From: Candidatus Eiseniibacteriota bacterium
Lineage (GTDB): Bacteria > Eisenbacteria > RBG-16-71-46 > CAIMUX01 > VGJL01
Assembly (NCBI GenBank): GCA_963792585.1
Contig: CAWBWI010000005.1
Location: 128,001 to 192,000 of the forward strand
Direction: 5' to 3'
DNA length: 64,000 nt
Under the pieces are notes generated by a model. The model was not told where the DNA came from and made no database searches. It was given only the letters and a program-made list of their open reading frames with translations. Each line of letters opens with the position of its first letter. Position 1 is the stretch's first letter. This document shows positions 60,503-64,000 of the stretch, piece by piece. The translations under genes were made by a program, and so were the position numbers.

Positions 60503-62098
60503 CTACTCGGTGACCGGCTGTGCCGGGGCGGAAAGCAGGCGGCTCCTGAGCCGACCCATCATGTTGTGAATGATCCCCGACTTCTTCTCTGCGGTGCGGG
60601 GCGGGCTCACGCTTCGCTCGTGCGCGACCCTTGCCGCGACGGGCTCGGGCTGACGCCTCTCCCGGTGACCTGCGGAGCGCGTGGGCGGAACCGGATCCTG
60701 TCGCCGATGGGCCCCATCGCGCCGAGCGCCGGATCCCTGATCGTTCCTCCGGGGACGTGAGGGACCTGCGCCCTCCTCGCGGCCGCGCGTCGGAGACGGG
60801 GTCTCCTCTCGCCTGCGTGCGACTGCAGGCATTGCGGCCTGCCCGCGGCCTTGAGTCCGCGGCGCGGCGTCGGCGGGTTCGCTCCGATGCGCGCGACCGT
60901 TCGAACGAGACCCGGTGGCGCTTCCCGTGCGCCGGCGGCGCTGCCCCGACCGGCCGGAGCCTGCTGAAGACTCCTCGACGCTTCTCTGCATCGGCTCCCC
61001 CACCCATTCGATCTTGCGTGAGATCAACCGCTCGATCGCGTCGAGACCCGACGCGTCCTCGGAGGTTACCAGCGAGATCGCGACTCCCTTGCGACCGGCC
61101 CGCGCCGTCCGGCCGATCCGGTGCACGTAGTCGCCCGCCGAGTAGGGCAAGTCGTAGTTGATGACGTGGGAGACGTCGTCGATGTCGATCCCGCGCGCGG
61201 CGATGTCGGTCGCGACCAGGAGGTGGACGCGTCCCGCCCGGAAGTCCTCCAGCGTGCGAACCCGCTCGCTTTGACTCCGGTCGCCATGCATGGCCGAGGC
61301 CCGCAGCCCCCGCTCCCGCAGTTGCCGCGAAAGAGTGGTCGCGCCCGACTTCGTCCGCACGAAGACGATCGCTCGCTTCATCTGGTGGTCCCGAATGAGC
61401 CCCTCGAGCGTCGAACGCTTGCGGCCCCGCTCCACGGCGACCAGCAGCTGCTGGACCTCATCGAGCGTCTTGGCCGCCGGGGCGACCTCGATCCGGAGTG
61501 GATTGGTCAGCATATCCCTCGAAAGGAGCTGGATCTCCTTCTCGAGCGTCGCGGAGAAGAGCATCGACTGGCGCTCCTCGCGGACCATCCCGACGATTTC
61601 GCGGACGTCCTTGATGAAGCCCATGTCGAGCATCCGGTCGGCCTCGTCGAGGACGAGGAACTCCGTGTTGCGGTAGTCGATGTTGCCCCGCCAGGTGTGG
61701 TCGATCAGCCGGCCCGGCGTGGCGACGAGGACGTCGACGCCGTGGCGCAGCATCTTCTCCTGCGGCTCGATCGGGACCCCGCCGAAGACGGTGGTCGTGA
61801 TCAGGTCGAGGTAGCGCCCGTAATCACGGAAACTCTGTCCAACCTGGATTGCCAGTTCCCGGGTCGGGACGAGGACGAGGGCGCGCAACGGCGCCTTGGG
61901 CCGCTCCGACAGCCTCTGGAGGATCGGCAGGGCGAAGGCCGCCGTCTTGCCGGTTCCCGTCTGGGCGCAGCACATCAGGTCCCGGCCTTCGAGGACCTGG
62001 GGAATCGCCTGCGTCTGGATCGGTGTGGGTTCGGTGTAGTTGATCTCTTCGATGGCGCGGAGGATCTCCTCGCGGAGACCCATTTCCTGGAATGTCAT
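60503..62098 (-). CDS. DEAD-box RNA helicase (RhlE-like)
   Basis: Q motif PTPIQ, AQTGTGKT, PTRELA, DEADRMLDMGF, SAT, HRIGRTARAG; basic disordered C-terminal tail. Confidence 0.95.
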   Translation of the reverse strand: MTFQEMGLREEILRAIEEINYTEPTPIQTQAIPQVLEGRDLMCCAQTGTGKTAAFALPILQRLSERPKAPLRALVLVPTRELAIQVGQSFRDYGRYLDLITTTVFGGVPIEPQEKMLRHGVDVLVATPGRLIDHTWRGNIDYRNTEFLVLDEADRMLDMGFIKDVREIVGMVREERQSMLFSATLEKEIQLLSRDMLTNPLRIEVAPAAKTLDEVQQLLVAVERGRKRSTLEGLIRDHQMKRAIVFVRTKSGATTLSRQLRERGLRASAMHGDRSQSERVRTLEDFRAGRVHLLVATDIAARGIDIDDVSHVINYDLPYSAGDYVHRIGRTARAGRKGVAISLVTSEDASGLDAIERLISRKIEWVGEPMQRSVEESSAGSGRSGQRRRRTGSATGSRSNGRAHRSEPADAAPRTQGRGQAAMPAVARRREETPSPTRGREEGAGPSRPRRNDQGSGARRDGAHRRQDPVPPTRSAGHRERRQPEPVAARVAHERSVSPPRTAEKKSGIIHNMMGRLRSRLLSAPAQPVTE

Positions 62099-62628
62099 GC
62101 TCTCTCTTTCTTCTTTTCCCGCATGAGGATCGGCATCCTAGCCGGAATCCGCAGCGGACTCCCCGTTGTGTGAAAGGTAACTCCCGGCTCCGGGTTCTCG
62201 AGTTCGGGGAAGAACTGCGGAAGGAGGGGATTTTTCGCAGAGGGTTCGGCGGTCCGCGCGTCGCGGTCGCCGGTCGTCTGTTTCAATCGTTGGCTACCTA
62301 GGTCCCATGGTTGCAGTCAGTATCGGCGGAATCGATACAGAATACCAGAGGTATTCATGATCCGGACCGGGTCGGGATGCCCACGACGGCTCCGGGCGTC
62401 CCTCCAGCCGCCAGGCTGCATCAGGCCGGCGGGATCCCACGGCGGCCCCCAGCGCGTCGAGAATCGCCGTAACCCCATGGCCGCACGGGATCAAACCCAT
62501 GAGGAGAACATACCCTTCGAAGTGCCCGTCGCATTGCGCAACCCGTGCCATGGCGACGATTCCGTTCAGACCTCCTCCCACGGCGGCGGCGGAAACGGCG
62601 AGTATCACCGCCTCAGAACGAGGAGGGT

Positions 62629-63801
62629 CTATGGTCTCGCCTTCTCCTCTTCCCAGGGCGGCAAGATCTTGACCAGCACCCAGAGGATGACGAACGGCAG
62701 AATCATCAGAAGGATCGAGGGCAGGAGCCCCTCCCGCGTCGCGAAGCCCAGCTTGTAGGTCGTGTAGCCGAGGAAGCTCTTCGAGAAGAGCTGCCCGCCG
62801 ATGACCACATTCCACCGCATCGCGAAGATCCCGATCAGCGTCAGAAGCCCCGCGAAGAAGTAGATGGTCTTGCGCCCCGCCGCGGTGATCTTCGTCACCT
62901 GGGTGAGGCCCAGAAGGAAGAGCGGCACCAGCGTCCCCAGGAAGATCTGGATGATGATCTGGGACCCGTAGAGCTTGGTGTGCACCATGAAGTCCAGACT
63001 CTTGAACGACTCGTCCGCCTCGTAGATCCGGTGGATCAGGTCGAGCATTTCGAGCGAGAAGTCGATCAGGAACGCATAGAGCAGGTATCGCGCGATCGTG
63101 TCGACGCAGTCCATCCGGATCTCGGTCCTCTTGAACCAGCTCACGACCATGTAGATCATCATCACCGCCGCGATCCCGGACACGATGGCGGAGAAGATGA
63201 AGACGACGGGCATCAGGGGAGTCGACCACCAAGGATTCGCCTTGATCGAACCGAAGATGAACCCGACGTATCCGTGCAGCAGAAAGGCGGACGGGATCCC
63301 GACGATCGTGAGGAACCGGCCCACCTTGGCGTCGATCTCGAGCGACTGCGGGCTGATGTTCGAAGAACCGAGGCTCAGAACGCGGTAGAAGAACCCCTTC
63401 AGACCGCCGGCCTCCCGCCCCGTCTCGACGATCTGCTTCCGGTAGTCGATCCAGATCTCGAGCAGGAGCACCACGAGCAGGTACCAGAGGTAGACAAAAC
63501 CGAACATGGCCATCGCGGAACTCTGGTGCGGCGTCAGGTACATTTCCAGCGAGCGCTCGGGATGCCCCAGGTGGAGTTGCAGCGGAAGCGGGGCCACGAG
63601 AAGGAACGACAACGCGGTCAGGAGCGCCAGGCGATAGGTCGGACGGACCGCCGCAACGTTGAAGACCCGCTCGAGCGAGGCGAGGATGAAGGCGCCCGCG
63701 ACCAAACCCGTGATGAACGGGTAGAGGACGATCAGGAGACTCCACTGGAGTTCGGCTTCGTTGGGATAGATGAACCCGCGGACCGCATGGACGACGTCCA
63801 T
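62629..63801 (-). CDS. NrfD/PsrC-family membrane subunit
   Basis: WSLLIVLYPFITGLVAG, LHLGHPER, HGYVGFIF, MRWNVVIGGQ; many TM helices. Confidence 0.9.
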   Translation of the reverse strand: MDVVHAVRGFIYPNEAELQWSLLIVLYPFITGLVAGAFILASLERVFNVAAVRPTYRLALLTALSFLLVAPLPLQLHLGHPERSLEMYLTPHQSSAMAMFGFVYLWYLLVVLLLEIWIDYRKQIVETGREAGGLKGFFYRVLSLGSSNISPQSLEIDAKVGRFLTIVGIPSAFLLHGYVGFIFGSIKANPWWSTPLMPVVFIFSAIVSGIAAVMMIYMVVSWFKRTEIRMDCVDTIARYLLYAFLIDFSLEMLDLIHRIYEADESFKSLDFMVHTKLYGSQIIIQIFLGTLVPLFLLGLTQVTKITAAGRKTIYFFAGLLTLIGIFAMRWNVVIGGQLFSKSFLGYTTYKLGFATREGLLPSILLMILPFVILWVLVKILPPWEEEKARP

Positions 63802-63809
63802 CTTCCCCC

Positions 63810-64000
63810 CTACCGAACCGACGCATCCAGACCGTTGTAATAGGTCTTGGATCCGGTGGCCATCTGCGGCTTGAGGACCTGGACCTTGTGCGTGGCCAGG
63901 AACTCGTGAATTGGATCTTTCGGGTCCTTCAGGTCACCGAGGACCCTCGCCCCCGTGGGACAGGTCTCGCAGCATGCAGTGGTGAGCCCCTTGGAGATGC
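63810..64000 (-). CDS. 4Fe-4S dicluster protein (NrfC/PsrB/TtrB-like), C-terminal fragment
   Basis: Manual translation ISKGLTTACCETCPTGARVLGDLKDP...TYYNGLDASVR*, directly upstream of NrfD. Confidence 0.85.
   Translation of the reverse strand, partial: ISKGLTTACCETCPTGARVLGDLKDPKDPIHEFLATHKVQVLKPQMATGSKTYYNGLDASVR

Noticed and set aside
62294..62560. Short hydrophobic minus-strand reading (MARVAQCDGHFEGYVLLMGLI...) after NrfD
   Set aside because: It could be a gene remnant, but it is too short and unassignable to support.

Overview
GC-rich bacterial window with no rRNA, tRNA, CRISPR array or mobile element that I can support. Several secreted proteins end in FlgD-like Ig domains, which suggests an FCB-related lineage such as Ca. 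Eisenbacteria (inference only). In order, it holds a GltD/NfnB-PyrK/NfnA-type fused oxidoreductase (partial), a DUF3857/transglutaminase pair, a TetR-controlled TolC/HlyD/ABC-2 efflux operon, dodecin, and a dockerin-bearing M4 protease coupled to a cohesin lipoprotein. Next come a three-gene locus (unknown protein / membrane-anchored Lon-like protease / zinc anti-sigma-like protein), a photolyase-YbjT-TIGR01777-acyl-CoA dehydrogenase cluster, a c-di-AMP riboswitch ahead of a KimA-type K+ transporter, and assorted enzymes. Then follow a TusA-DsrE-TusA/OsmC-MetE-like operon, a DEAD-box helicase and NrfD/NrfC-type genes. The top observation is two back-to-back divergent loci at 51.1-56.0 kb. Each has a gene split by an in-frame TGA followed by a SECIS-like hairpin with a similar GC-CGGG(A)C-GC apex. 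These are a candidate selenocysteine-containing cobalamin-independent methionine synthase-like enzyme in a sulfur-carrier operon and a candidate secreted beta-helix selenoprotein. Several other genes carry small frameshifts, probably long-read errors, so both TGAs need read-level confirmation.
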